Shown here piece by piece: positions 1-11,769 of a DNA stretch of 64,000 bases. Every line of letters starts with the position of its first letter. Position 1 is the first letter of the stretch. The notes under the pieces are model-generated. The model saw nothing but the letters and a program-made list of their open reading frames with translations. It was not told the DNA's origin and did no database searches. The stretch covers positions 90,520,001 to 90,584,000 of the forward strand of contig JAGIQG010000009.1 of NCBI GenBank assembly GCA_024679065.1, in the 5' to 3' direction. The position numbers were made by a program, and so were the translations under genes. Source of the stretch: Sphyrna mokarran (Eukaryota).

Positions 1-394
1 ACCTCGCACAGGTGCTGCACCATGTCCTTGGAGAGCTGCAGCAGAGACAGCACACTGTCAACAAGAGGGCTTCAAATTAATTCTGAGGCCTGTACCTCCT
101 TAACCTTGACACCCTCTGCCTTCTCAGGAGCCTGCTTACCCACTTCCTGATTCTGAGCGGCAATCTCCTGCTCTCCATCCTGAGGGTCTGATATTGGCTG
201 CTTCTGTACTGGTGTCTCTATTCCCTCCATTTCCTGAGACGTCTCCTCCCCTCATCTGCCACTATAAAGTCCAGCTCCAAATCTATCAGTTCAAGATCCA
301 TTTGTACAGTGGTGTTTGGAAAGAGTATAGAATGACAGATTATTATCATTGGCACCACTCCTATCCATCACTTGGGCCACGAACCCACTTAATA

Positions 395-503
395 AATTCT
401 CCTTCAGTGTATCTGAACAGGCACCGGAGTGTGGCGACTAGAGGATTTTCACAATAACTTTGTCGTTTTGTTAATGTAAGCCTATTTGTGACTAAATAAA
501 CTT
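395..503 (+). mobile_element. SINE 3' fragment (gtggcgactagrggattttcacagtaacttc tail family)
   Basis: The same tail occurs at 7715-7860 and in the fuller tRNA-headed copy at 19609-19880. Confidence 0.6.
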
Positions 504-961
504 TGTGGGAGCTGGCAACACCATACAATGCCTAATCACACGTGGCCTGATTAGGATTGGGTGAGATTCCCGTCATGATAAATGTAGATTATGCTGGTTG
601 ATGTGCAGTGTGGGCAATGCTCACCCTTGAGCTATTGCTTTGAGTGCAAGTCAGCCTCTGTTACAGGCATGAGTTGCTGGTCTCTATCACAGGGCAGGAA
701 CAGGCTGCAGATCAGCACCATATGTGTGCCCGGTGACAGCAGATTCCAAATAGTTCATGTCTGAACTGGCCTGGAGCTACAGCTGCTTCATCTGGTTAGG
801 CCTCAGTCAGCACATGGTACACTCCTCCTCACCTTGGAACATCAGCACTCAGTGCAGTTCCTGACCACACCCTGTGGCAAGACAATGCCCTCGTGGGGAA
901 GGCTATAAGAAGTCTCACAACACCAAGTTAAAGTCCAATAGATTTATTTAGTAGCACAAGC

Positions 962-996
962 CATTAGCTTTCAGAGCACTGCCCCTTCATCAGGTG
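962..996 (-). ncRNA. Minimal type I hammerhead ribozyme motif (Penelope terminal repeat)
   Basis: cac-CTGATGA-aggggc agt gctct-GAAA-gc-TA-atg; core intact, stem I has one mismatch. Confidence 0.6.
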
Positions 997-2568
997 AGTG
1001 GGAGTTCTATTCACAAACAAGGCATACAAAGACACAAACTCAATTTACAAAATAATGGTTGGAATGCGAGTCTTTACAAGTAATCAAGTCTTAAAGATAC
1101 AGACAATGTGAGTGAAGAGAGAGTTAAGCACAGGTGTGGCACATCAGAAATTGGTGTACACAGCATTACAAGGGGACACTGTCCACCGTGTCACATGTTT
1201 GTTTTCTGAGGAGGTCGGTGCGGCTTTTTCCTGTGGCACATCAGAAATGTTGATCGACGAATCGAGCATCATATCCTGTTCTCATGAGGGCAACCTACAG
1301 CATTTGGAGGTATCTGTTGCAATCCTCCTCATCTGAGCAGATCTGTGTATACGGAGGGCTTGTCTGTAGGGGATGGCTTCTTTAACGTGTTCAGGTGGAA
1401 GCTGGAGAAGTGGAGCATCTTGAGGTTATCCGTGGGCTTGCGGTACAGTGAGGTGCTGAGGTCCTTAATGGAATGCGTGTGGCCAAGAATGCAACTGATT
1501 CCAGAGAATAGTCCATGGTGAGTCTGATAGTGGGGTGGAACTTGTTGATGTCATCATATAGTTGTTTCAGTGATTATTCGCATTGAGTCCAAAGAAAGAA
1601 AATGATCAAGGATCGCAACAAACACCTCCAGACGCTGAAAGATGCCCTCATAAAGATCAGGATATGGCACCCAACTCATCAATCGCCACTTCCGATGCCC
1701 CACAGCGAAAAACCACACCAATCTCCTCAGAAAACGAACAGAGTACAGAGTAACCTTTGTTGTCCAGTACTTCCCTGGAGTGGGGAAGCTACAACATCTT
1801 CTGTGAAGTCTTCCATGTATCATTGATGAAGATGAACATCTCACCAAGGCATTCCCATACCCGCTTATTGCCTTCAAACAACCACATGATCTCAAACAGA
1901 CCACTGTTCACAGCAAACTACTCAACCTTCAGGGGAACAGTGACAACAACAGCACAAAATCCTGCCACAGCAACCTCGCAAGACATGATGGATCTTCGAC
2001 ATGGATGCCATCATCTCACGTGAGAATACCATCCACTGGGTACACGGTGCATACTCTTGCAACTCAGCCAACATTGTCAACCTGATATACTGCAGGAAAG
2101 GATGTCCCTTGGTACATTGGGGAGACTATGCTGACACTACAACAGTGGATGAATGAACATCGCTTGACAATCACCAGACAAGAGTGTTCTCTTCCTATTG
2201 GGGAACACTTCAGCAGTCACAGGCACTCGGCTTCTGATTTTCAGGTAAACGTTCTCCACAACACACAACACAGAGTCGCTGAGCAAAGACTGATAGCCAA
2301 GTTCTGCACACAAGGGTGGCCTCAATCAGGATCTTGTGTTCATGTCACACTAACTGTAACCCCCACGACTTGTCTGGGCTTGCAAAATCTCACTAACTGT
2401 CCTGTCTGGAGACAATACACATTTCTTTAATCTGTGCTTAACCCTCTCTCCACTCACATTGTGTGTACCTTTAAAACTTGATTACCTGTAAGGACTCGGA
2501 TTCCAACCATTATTTTGTAAATTGAGTTTGTGTCTTTATATGCCCTGTTTGTGAACAGAACTCCCGCT

Positions 2569-2603
2569 TACCTGATGAAGAAGTAGCACTCTGAAAGCTA
2601 GTG
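2569..2603 (+). ncRNA. Minimal type I hammerhead ribozyme motif
   Basis: tac-CTGATGA-agaagt agc actct-GAAA-gc-TA-gtg; predicted cleavage after 2600; palindromic AGCT in place of helix III. Confidence 0.6.
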
Positions 2604-2682
2604 GCCTTTGCTACCAACTAAACCTGGTGTTGTGAGACTTCTTACTGTGTTTACCCAAGTCCAATGCCAATATCTCCACATC

Positions 2683-2900
2683 GGGGAAGGCTGAGCAGAA
2701 CTCCTTCAGAGAATCTCCCACGCTAAGCTACAGCACTACCCTGGAGAAGGCTCAGCAGAACTCCTTCAGAGAACCTCCCATACTGAACTACAGAGCTGCC
2801 CTGGGGGAGAAGGCTCAGCAGAACTCTTTCAGGTTCTCTCATCCACTGAGCTATAGTGCTGCCCTCAAGGGGAAGGCTGAGCAGCACTCCTTCAGGGACC
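2683..2900 (+). repeat. ~60-63 bp minisatellite, about 3.5 copies
   Basis: Recurring gg(g/a)gaaggct(g/c)agcagaactccttcag...gc(a/t)gccct units. Confidence 0.8.
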
Positions 2901-3539
2901 TGTCTCCGTAAATAGAAGCCTCACCCAAGATATTACTGGTCCACAGGCCAACAATGGACACAGCCAAGAGGAAGCCCACCAAGCATCTCCAGGATGCTGC
3001 CTGCGACATCCCCCGCACTCCTCTTGCTTCAGGCCCACAGCATTTATCTCTTCAAGGCTGCCACATCTTTGAGATCTTTATAAAACTTTGATTCGCACCA
3101 AAGTTAAGTCATGCCCAAAGAAGTGGGAGATGCTAATATGGGTCAAGATTGCTGTATCAGTCCAAAAAATGACAAGCTAAACTATGGGAAGTGATGCAAA
3201 TTAGTGGTAGGCCGGTTTTCAACACGGTCCCAATGGCACCATTTTTTTCTGTTTGGGGGATACATACAGGTTGTAAACACTTGCAGGATACTGCGGGATG
3301 GCTGACACATATCTCCCAACCTGACCCACCATTAAATTAGTGGGTCAGAAAGGAGAATCGCACCCTTGGATTTCTAGAGTTTTATAGCGCAAAGACTTTT
3401 TTTCAATGCTGCTTTAGTGAAGCAGAGAATAAGGTCACAAATGGCAATTGATGAAGAATTAAAGGTGGAATCATCAATAGGAGGAGGAAGAATCTGCCTA
3501 TTAGAATTGTAGAAGACTGAAAGAAACTGTGTCCTGAAG

Positions 3540-3834
3540 AAATGAAAATTAGATTTTTATTGCTTTATTTATAAGGCATTGACTGTACATAAACCATTAC
3601 ATTGGCCTGGTGCTTACTAACAAATATTTATTATTTTATTGTATAGGGACATTCCTAAAATGGAATTTCATGATCAGAGATTGCTCACGATCAGCAGACA
3701 GAAAGCTTACTGTAAAAGTTAGAAGATATGGGATACAAAGTTCTCTATGTAATATTGCTAAAGGCAGTTCTACCTGCAGCAGTGTAATGCAGTATACACC
3801 AATGACAGCTTTCCATCCAGCTCAGGCAACACGA
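3540..3834 (-). other. Candidate non-coding terminal (3'UTR) exon of the class II alpha gene
   Basis: Minus-strand acceptor cctttcatttcAG at 3836-3835, a non-repetitive body, and four AATAAA hexamers (plus-strand tttatt at 3556, 3564, 3627, 3635). A downstream exon is needed because a donor follows the stop codon. Confidence 0.4.
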
Positions 3835-4454
3835 CTGAAATGAAAGGTAAAACTTCTCAGAAGAGACTATTAGCTAAAGTCAAAACCCACAAGCTGAAGG
3901 TAAATTATTTCCCAGTTAGGAGGTGCTGAGTACCAGGAGAGAGAGAGAGAGTAGGGATATTTGAAAGGTTCTCCAATTAGAGAATTTGTCCCAGAAACAT
4001 CTGCTTTGGGGGTTCAATATTCACTTTACTCATTAAAGAGTTAGATGAGGGGATAGAAAACCACCTACCAAATTTGTTGATGACAAAAACAGGCAGCATA
4101 GTAAACTGTATAAATGGGAGTATAATTACAAAGAGATACTGATAGAGGGAGAAAAGGTTTCACATGGAGTGTGGTTAGGATTTGGAACGCACTGCTGACA
4201 ATATGGTGGAGGCAGGTGTAATTAATGTATTCAATAGCAAATTGAATTATTATCTGAAGAGGAAGAATGTGCAGGATTATGGAGACAAGGAATGGCTCTG
4301 GGTGAACTGTTCATTCAGGGGACCTGTCAATAGGCAAAACTGGAAAACAGATTTCAGTGTAGAAAAGTGCGAGGCCAACCACTTTGGAGCTGAAAAGAAG
4401 AGTAGAATATTTCACAAATGGTGAAAAAATAGGAAGAGTTGAGTTTCAAAGAGT

Positions 4455-7395
4455 AGAACGTAAAACATAGAACGTTGCAGCACAGTTCAGGCCCTTTGGC
4501 CCTCGATGTTGTGCTATGTCCAATCCCAAAATCAAGCTATCTCACTCTCTCTCATACTGGTGTGCTCCACTGCCTATCCAATAACCGCTTGAAAGTTCCT
4601 AAAGTGTCTGATTCCACTATCACAGCAGGCAGCGCATTTCACACTACAACCACCCTCTGAGTAAAGAATCTACCTCGGACATCCCTCCTATATCTCCCAC
4701 CATAAACTCTATAGTTATACCCCCTAGAAACAGCTACACCACCTGAGGAAATAGTCTCTGCACGTCCACTCTATCTATTCCCTTCATCATCTTATAAACC
4801 TCTATTAAGTCACCTCTCATCCTCCTCCGCTCTAAAGAGAAAAGGCCCAGCTCCCTCAACTTTTCCTCATAAGACCTACTCTACAAACCAAACAGCATCC
4901 TGGTAAATCTCCTCTGCACTCTCTCCAATGCTTCCATATTCTTCTTATAGTGAGGTGACCAGAACTGGACACAATATTCCAAATGTGGTCTCATCAACAT
5001 CTGATATAGTTGCAGCATAACCCCACGGCTCTTAAACTCAAACCCCCTGTTAGTACAAACATATTATAAGCCTTCTTCACAGCTCTATCCACCTAAGTGG
5101 CAACCTTCAGAGATCTGTGGATATGAACTCTAATCTCTCTGTTCCTCCATATTTCTCAGAACCCTGCCATTGACCTGTAATCTGCATTCAAGTTTGTCCT
5201 ACCAAAATGAATCACCTCACACTTATCAGAGTTAAACTCCATCTGCTACTTTTCTGCCCAGCTCTGCATCCTATCAATGTCTCTTCGTACCTACAAGAGC
5301 CCTCTATCTCATCCACTATTCCAGCAATCTTGGTGTCATCAGCAAATTTACTAATCCATCCTTTAGCCCCTTCTTCTAAGTCATTGACAAAAATCACAAA
5401 TAGCAGAGGATCCAGCACTGACCCCTGTGGTACACTGCTGGTAACTAGCCTCCAGTCTGAAAATTTTCCTTCCACCTACCACCCTCTGTCTTCGATGAGA
5501 TAACCAGTTACTGATCCAAATCGGCCAAATTTCCTTCTATCCCAAAGCTCCTTATCTTCTTCATGAGCCTACCATGGAGTACCTTAACAAATGCCTTACT
5601 AAAATCCATGTATACGACATCAACTGCTCTACCTTCATCTACAGACTTACTTACCTCCTCAAAGAATTCAATCAAATTTGTGAGGCAGGACTTACCCCTC
5701 ATGAAACCATGCTGACTATCCCGGATTAAACTGCATCTTTCCAAATGATCATAAATCGTATCTCTCAGGATCCTTTCTATTAATTTACCAATCATCTAAG
5801 TAAGACTAACTGGCCTATAATTACCGGGTCATTCCTATTTCCTTTCTTGAAGGGAGGAACAACATTTGCCACTCTTCAGTCCTCTGGCACAATCCCTGTG
5901 GACAATGAAGACCCAAAGATCAAAGCTAAAAGCTCCGCAATCTCATCCCTTGCCTTCCAAAGTATCCTAGGATGTATCCTATCTGGCCCACGAGACTTAT
6001 CAACCCTCAGGTTTTTTAAAATTGCTGATACATCTTCCCTCAGAACATCTGCCTCCTCCATCCTATCAGAAGGATAAGTATCACACACTCATCCTCAAAA
6101 ACATAGCCCCTCTCCTTAGTAAACATTGAAGAAAAGTATTCATTTCAACGCCTCACCTGACTCCATGCACAAGTTCCCATTACTATCCTTGACAGGCTCT
6201 AACCTCACTCTGGTCATTCTTTTATTTCTCACATAAAAATAAAAAGCCTTGAAGTTTTCTTTTATCTGACCCACCAAGGACTTCTCATGCTCCCTCTTAG
6301 CTCTCCTAAGCCCCTTCTTTAACTCATTCCTAGCTACCTTGTAACACTCAAGCGACCCAATTGAACCTTGTTTTTTCATCCTTACATATGCTTCCTTTTT
6401 CTTCTTGACAAGACATTCAACCTCCTTTGTGAACCATGGTTCTCTCACTTGGCCATTTCCTCCCTGTCTGCCAGGGAGATACCTATCAAGGACACGCAGT
6501 ATTTGTTCTTTGAGAAAGTTTCACTTTTCCTTTGTGCCCATACTTGAAGTTTCTGTTCCCATCTTATGCTCCCCAATTCTTGCCTAATCGCATCATAATT
6601 ACCCGTGCCCCAATTATAAACCTTGACCTGCCGTATGACCCTATCCCTCTCCATTGCAATAACGAAGGACACCAAATTGTGGTCACTATCTCTCTCACAA
6701 ACAAATCCAATACTTGGTCTGTTCATTACCCAGTACCAAATCCAATGTGGCCTCACCTTTTGTCAGTTTATTCGCATATTGTGTCAGGAAACCCTCCTGC
6801 ACACACTGTACAAAAAGTGTCCCATCCGAACTATTCAACCTATAAAGGTTCCAATCAATATTTGGAAAGTTAAAGTCACCCATGATAACTACTCTGTGAC
6901 CTCCATACTTATCCATAATCTGCTTTGCCATTTCCTCCTCCACATCTTTATTACTATTTAGGGGCCTAGAGAAAACTCCTAATAACATGACCACTCCTTT
7001 CCTATTTCTAACTTCAGCCCATATTATCTCAGTAGGCACATCGCCTTCCAAATGCCTTTCAACATCCGTTAAACTATCCTTGATTAACAATGCTACCCCT
7101 CCACCTCTTTTACTGCCTTCCCTACTCCTACTGAATCATCTATACACCGCAACTGCCAACAACCATTCTTGTCCCTGATCTAACCATGTCTTTGTTATGG
7201 CCACAACATCATAGTCCCAAGTACCAATCCACGCTCCAAGTTCACCTGCCTTATTCCTGATGCTCCTTGCATTGAGATACTTCAACGCATCATCCTGTCT
7301 GCCTGTACACTCCTGCAACTTTGATACTTCCCTCAGCACCTCAACACTGGCTTTTGAACTGCATCTCATTTTCTCATTCCCATGACAAATTGATT
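4455..7395 (-). mobile_element. CR1-clade (HER1-like) LINE, 5'-truncated ORF2 (endonuclease + RT), disrupted
   Basis: ORF fragments YLNARSI, MGDFNFP, LDLVLGN, DFSKAF, SVPQGSVL, KFADD; (catagaa)-type 3' tail near 4455. Nested in older plus-strand CR1 debris (3870-4450, 7410-8270). Confidence 0.9.
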
Positions 7396-8862
7396 TAAAA
7401 CCTCCCCCTCGCCTCGTGCCATATCTTGGAGACTGTGTACAGAAATCATTAAAATGCCATGAATTGTTGGAGAAAATAAACAGAAAGGTGAATGGAATGT
7501 TGGTTTAATTTCTGGAGGAAAAGAATCCAAAGAGATAGAAGAAATATTTCAGCTGTGGTTTGACCGTACCTGGGTTACTGGGAACAGTCCAGGTCCCTCG
7601 CAATACAAAGGATAGGCAGAAAGGCAGTGTAGATTGACGAGAATGATACCTGGACTCACAACAGTTAAATGATTAAGAGAGATTAGCGGGTTTAGTGAGA
7701 TAAATAGATTTTCTCTGGTTTCCTCCACATTCTGAAAGTCGTGCTGGTTAAGTGCATTGACCCGAAAAGGCTCCAGACTGTGGCGACTAGGGGAATTTCA
7801 CAGTAACTTCATTACAGTGAAAATGTAAGCTTTATTTGTGACTAATAGATAACTTTAACTTCACTTTAGATGAAAACAAGTGAGAGTTATATTCCCCAGA
7901 TTGTCAAAGGTTAAGAGATGAAATGATCAGATATTCAAGATATTATTGGGATAAGCTCGATAGCGAGAAATTATTTTCACCAATTGTTGAATCTAGGACT
8001 AAGTGACGTAGTTTAAAAATTAGAGTCAGACATTTTAGGAGTAAAACTTAAAAACACAACAAAGAACGGTACAAGTTTGGATCTCTCTTCCTCAAACAAC
8101 AAGCTAGATAAATTAATAATTTTACATCTGAGATTGATAGATTTTTATTATCCAAAGATATCAAGGGATGTGAAGCAGAGGCCAGTGGAGTTAGGTTGCA
8201 GGTCAATATGAGCTGATTGGATGATGGAATAAGAGCTTGGAGCTGAATGATTGACTCCTGTTCTTATGCAGACTGACACAAAGTATAGAGTATTTCTTGA
8301 TGATTGAGAAGATCTCATACATATTTTATGACTCTATCTTCACCCGTTATGTTGTTTTATACATTGCAATAGAGACCACACTTCAAAAATAATTTATTGC
8401 CTGTAAAACCTGTCTTGAGATATCCAATGCTTATGAGAGGTGCCACATGATTAAAAATATTTCATTTTCTTCTTTATTTAACTCTACATTTGAATAATTG
8501 AAATGTCACACCATCATCATTCTGTAACTTCTGTTTCTTTCTGTAATTTGTCTTCAGATCTGTTCCTCTAACTCCTTCCTACTATTTGATGGCCTTGAGC
8601 ATATACCCATATTTAATATTGTTCATCTTCTTTCATAATACAGAAATATTACTGTACATATGAAAAAGTGGAATAGGTCATTTGGCTCCTAGAGCATGCC
8701 CCACCATTCAATGGTGATTTGATCTGATCGTAATCTCAAATCCTCATTTCACTGATCCCATCTAACCTTTCACCCCCTTACTTGCCAAGAATCTATCTCC
8801 TCTACCTTAAAAATATTCACTTCTAAGGGTTAATGCATGGCCCGTAATACTGCCAATGGGAT

Positions 8863-9617
8863 GAATGTGCTCATGAGAAAGGCTTAAAAGATTATAAAGC
8901 TGGTTATTTTATAAGAACATAAGAGCTAGGAGCAGGAGTAGGCCATTTGGCCCCTCGGGCCTGCTCCGCCATTCAATACGATCATGACTCAGCTCCACTT
9001 ATCTGCCTGCTCACTATAGTCCCTAATTCCTTTACTGTTCAAAAATTTATTTATCCTTGCCTTGAAAACATTCAGTGAGGTAGCCTCAACTGCTTCACTG
9101 GGTGGGGAACTCCATAGATTCACAACACTTTGTGTGAAGAAGTTCCTCCACAACTCAGTCTAAATCTGCTTCCCCTTATTTTGAGGCCATGCCCCTTGGC
9201 CTCAAAAACATATAAAATTATGAAGGAAATAGATAAGATAGAAGTAGGGAAGTTGTTTCCACTGGCAGGTGAAACTAGAACCAAGGGGCATGGCCTCAAA
9301 ATAAGGGGAAGCAGATTTAGACTGAGTTGTGGAGGAACTTCTTCACACAAAGTGTTGTGAATCTATGGAGTTCCCCACCCAGTGAAGCAGTTGAGGCTAC
9401 CTCACTGAATGTTTTCAAGGCAAGGATAAATAAATTTTTGAACAGTAAAGGAATTAGGGACTATAGTGAGCAGGCAGATAAGTGGAGCTGAGTCATGATC
9501 GTATTGAATGGCGGAGCAGGCCCGAGGGGCCAAATGGCCTACTCCTGCTCCTAGCTCTTATGTTCTTATAAAATAACCAGCTTTATAATCTTTTAAGCCT
9601 TTCTCATGAGCACATTC
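8863..9617. repeat. Perfect inverted repeat: 337-bp arms (8863-9199 / 9281-9617), 81-bp spacer
   Basis: Arms read as exact reverse complements by eye; they include a CR1 3' end plus ~50 bp of non-CR1 flank. Confidence 0.95.
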
Positions 9618-10050
9618 TTCTGAATTCCAATGAGTATAGCCCCAGTCTATTAAATTCCTCCTCATAAGCTAACCCTCTCAACTCTGGAATCAACCTAGTG
9701 AATTTCCTCTGCAACCCCTCCAGTGCCAGTATATCCTTTTTTAAGTAAGGAGACCAAAACTGTACACAGTACTCTAGATGTAGCCTCACCAGCACCTATA
9801 CAGCTGCAACATAATCTCGCTGTTTTTAAACTCTATCCCTCTAACAATGAAGGACAAAATTCCATTTGCCTTCTTAATTACCTGCTGCACTTGCAAACCA
9901 ACTCTTTGTGATTCTTGCACAAGGACACCCAGATCCCTCTGCACAGCAGCATGCTGCAATTTTTTATCATTTAAATAGTAGTCCATTGCGCTGTTAATGC
10001 TACCAAAATGGATGACTCACATTTACCAACATTGTACTTCATCTGCATTA
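8912..10050 (-). mobile_element. CR1 LINE 3' portion rearranged by the inverted duplication
   Basis: [19 protein letters not shown] and YSLEFRRM fragments. Confidence 0.85.
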
Positions 10051-10434
10051 GTTATGGTGTAACTGGTAATGGGTAAGATGGGTTTAGAAGGATATAGCTA
10101 AACGTGGAATAGCTAAATATAGCAATTAGGACTAGCTTAATGGTAAAAACTGGGTGGCATGGATAATTGGGCCTGTTTCCAGGCTCAATAACTCTATGCG
10201 AAGTAAAATCAGAAAGGGAACGTGTTCCCCTCTCCTAAAGGTGCCAGCTCTTGAGAGAAATTATCCTGCATTTCATTAAAGAGTTCTTTCTGTACAAGAG
10301 TTAATTCACATCCATATTTTTGTGCATATTGCTGCAGAGGTTTACTGACTAACAATCAGAAAAAGGGACTTTGATTGACAGTCACTTCCAGGAATGTTAA
10401 TGATACACAGCTCATGCCCCACCTGTACTTACCT

Positions 10435-10580
10435 CTAAATACCGTGTTGCTGTGCTTGCAGCCTCTGTCTCTCTTTGATCAGTAGGATGATCCCTACAAC
10501 AGCACTGATGATTCCTAGGGCAAGTCCCAGAGCACAGATCACTGTCCCTGCACCCGATTTCTCCTCAGGAACTTCAGCTT
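10435..10580 (-). CDS. MHC class II alpha chain, exon 4 (connecting peptide, TM, cytoplasmic tail, stop)
   Basis: CAG acceptor; encodes EAEVPEEKSGAGTVICALGLALGIISAVVGIILLIKERQRLQAQQHGI-TAG with the class II alpha CALG..G TM motif. GTAAGT donor 2 nt after the stop. Not present in the supplied ORF track. Confidence 0.95.
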
Positions 10581-10938
10581 CTGTACAGGGAGAGGTAAGA
10601 AAGCAAAGAGTGTCTCAGTCAAACACACTGTGAACACTACAGAGCGGAGAGACCATTGAACAAATCTACAAACTGGTGGAGTTTCACTATGCAGACATGC
10701 ATATCAACAATCTGGATACTGGTCACAAATGTTCACAATAACGTGTGATGCAGTTACATTCACATACTCAAAAAATCCATAAGCTTGGTTCTATTGCTGG
10801 TGATAAGTTTGAACACAATATTAATATGTCCCTTTAGAGCAGCATCTATAGAGAAAGGATACTAATGTGCAGAAAGAGTAGTGTAAAGTCACCAGGATGT
10901 TATCAGGGATGGGAGATACTCAGAAACAAAGCAGAGAA

Positions 10939-11268
10939 GCATGGTGGCACAGTGCTTAGTACTACTGCCTCACAGCTCCAGGGATCTGGGTTCAATTCCT
11001 GGCTTGGGTCACTGTCTGTGTGGACTTTGCACATTTTTCCCCGTGTCTGTGTAGGTTTCCTTTGGGTGCTCTGGCTGCCTCCCACAGTCCATAGATGTGC
11101 AGATTCGATGGATTGGCCATGTTAAATTGCTCTTTAGTTTCCTGGGATGCGTAGGTTAGAGAGATTGGCAATAAATACAGGAGCAGGGCCTGGGTGATAT
11201 TGTGGTCAGTGAAGATTCGATGGGCTAAATGGCCTCTTCTGCATTGTAGGAATTCTGTGATTCTATGA
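10939..11268 (+). mobile_element. HE1-like tRNA-derived SINE
   Basis: A-box tggcacagtgc, B-box ggttcaattcc, conserved core tgtggactttgcacatt...ggtttcc, CR1-derived tail ending attctatga. Confidence 0.85.
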
Positions 11269-11769
11269 AGGCAGCCATTTGGTACCATATCATTGCAGAC
11301 TCTTTGAATGAGCTATCCAATTAACCTCCTTGCAATGTTCTTTGTCCCCTAACTTTGCAATATTTCCTCTTTGACTGTTTATACAACTTTCTTTGAAAGT
11401 CATAGTTCCAACTGCTTTCTGCACTGGTTTCCATAACAACTTGTATTAAAAAGAACTTCTGCATTCTTTGAAACACTCAAGAAACACATACCAACCGACT
11501 CAAGAACAGTTTCTTCCCTATTGTCATCAGACTTTTGAATGGACGTTCCTTGCATTAAGTTGATCTACTCCAGCTATGATTATAATGCTACATTCTGCAC
11601 CCACTCCTTTCCTTCTCCTCCATATACTCTATGAATGGTATGTTTTGTCTGTATAATGCAATATATGTAATGATACATGAAGGTAGCTGGAGAATGGAGA
11701 ATTCCACAGTACATCACAACATTGAATTTATATTTGATCAAGTATTAAAACAGGAAAAGAAACATGATT

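Larger units (their letters stand above)
905..2682. mobile_element. Penelope-like element, inverted two-part copy with RT/GIY-YIG remnants
   Basis: Inverted termini (aagaagtctcacaacacc... / ...ggtgttgtgagacttctt), ~35-nt tail on the right end, TSD ggggaaggct (895-904 / 2683-2692), GIY-YIG-type remnant (YIGET...MNEHR). Confidence 0.85.

Noticed and set aside
2683-2900. CRISPR-like repeat/spacer arrays here and at 11770-13950 and 61315-61558
   Set aside because: Units are similar along their whole length with no unique spacers, and the context is a vertebrate genome.
9120-9360. Two near-identical 76-aa ORFs on opposite strands
   Set aside because: By-product of the inverted duplication of CR1 sequence, not genes.
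10939-11010. tRNA-like A/B boxes here and at 19609, 39350, 47590, 56490 and 59760
   Set aside because: They are SINE heads followed by a SINE core and tail; no complete cloverleaf.
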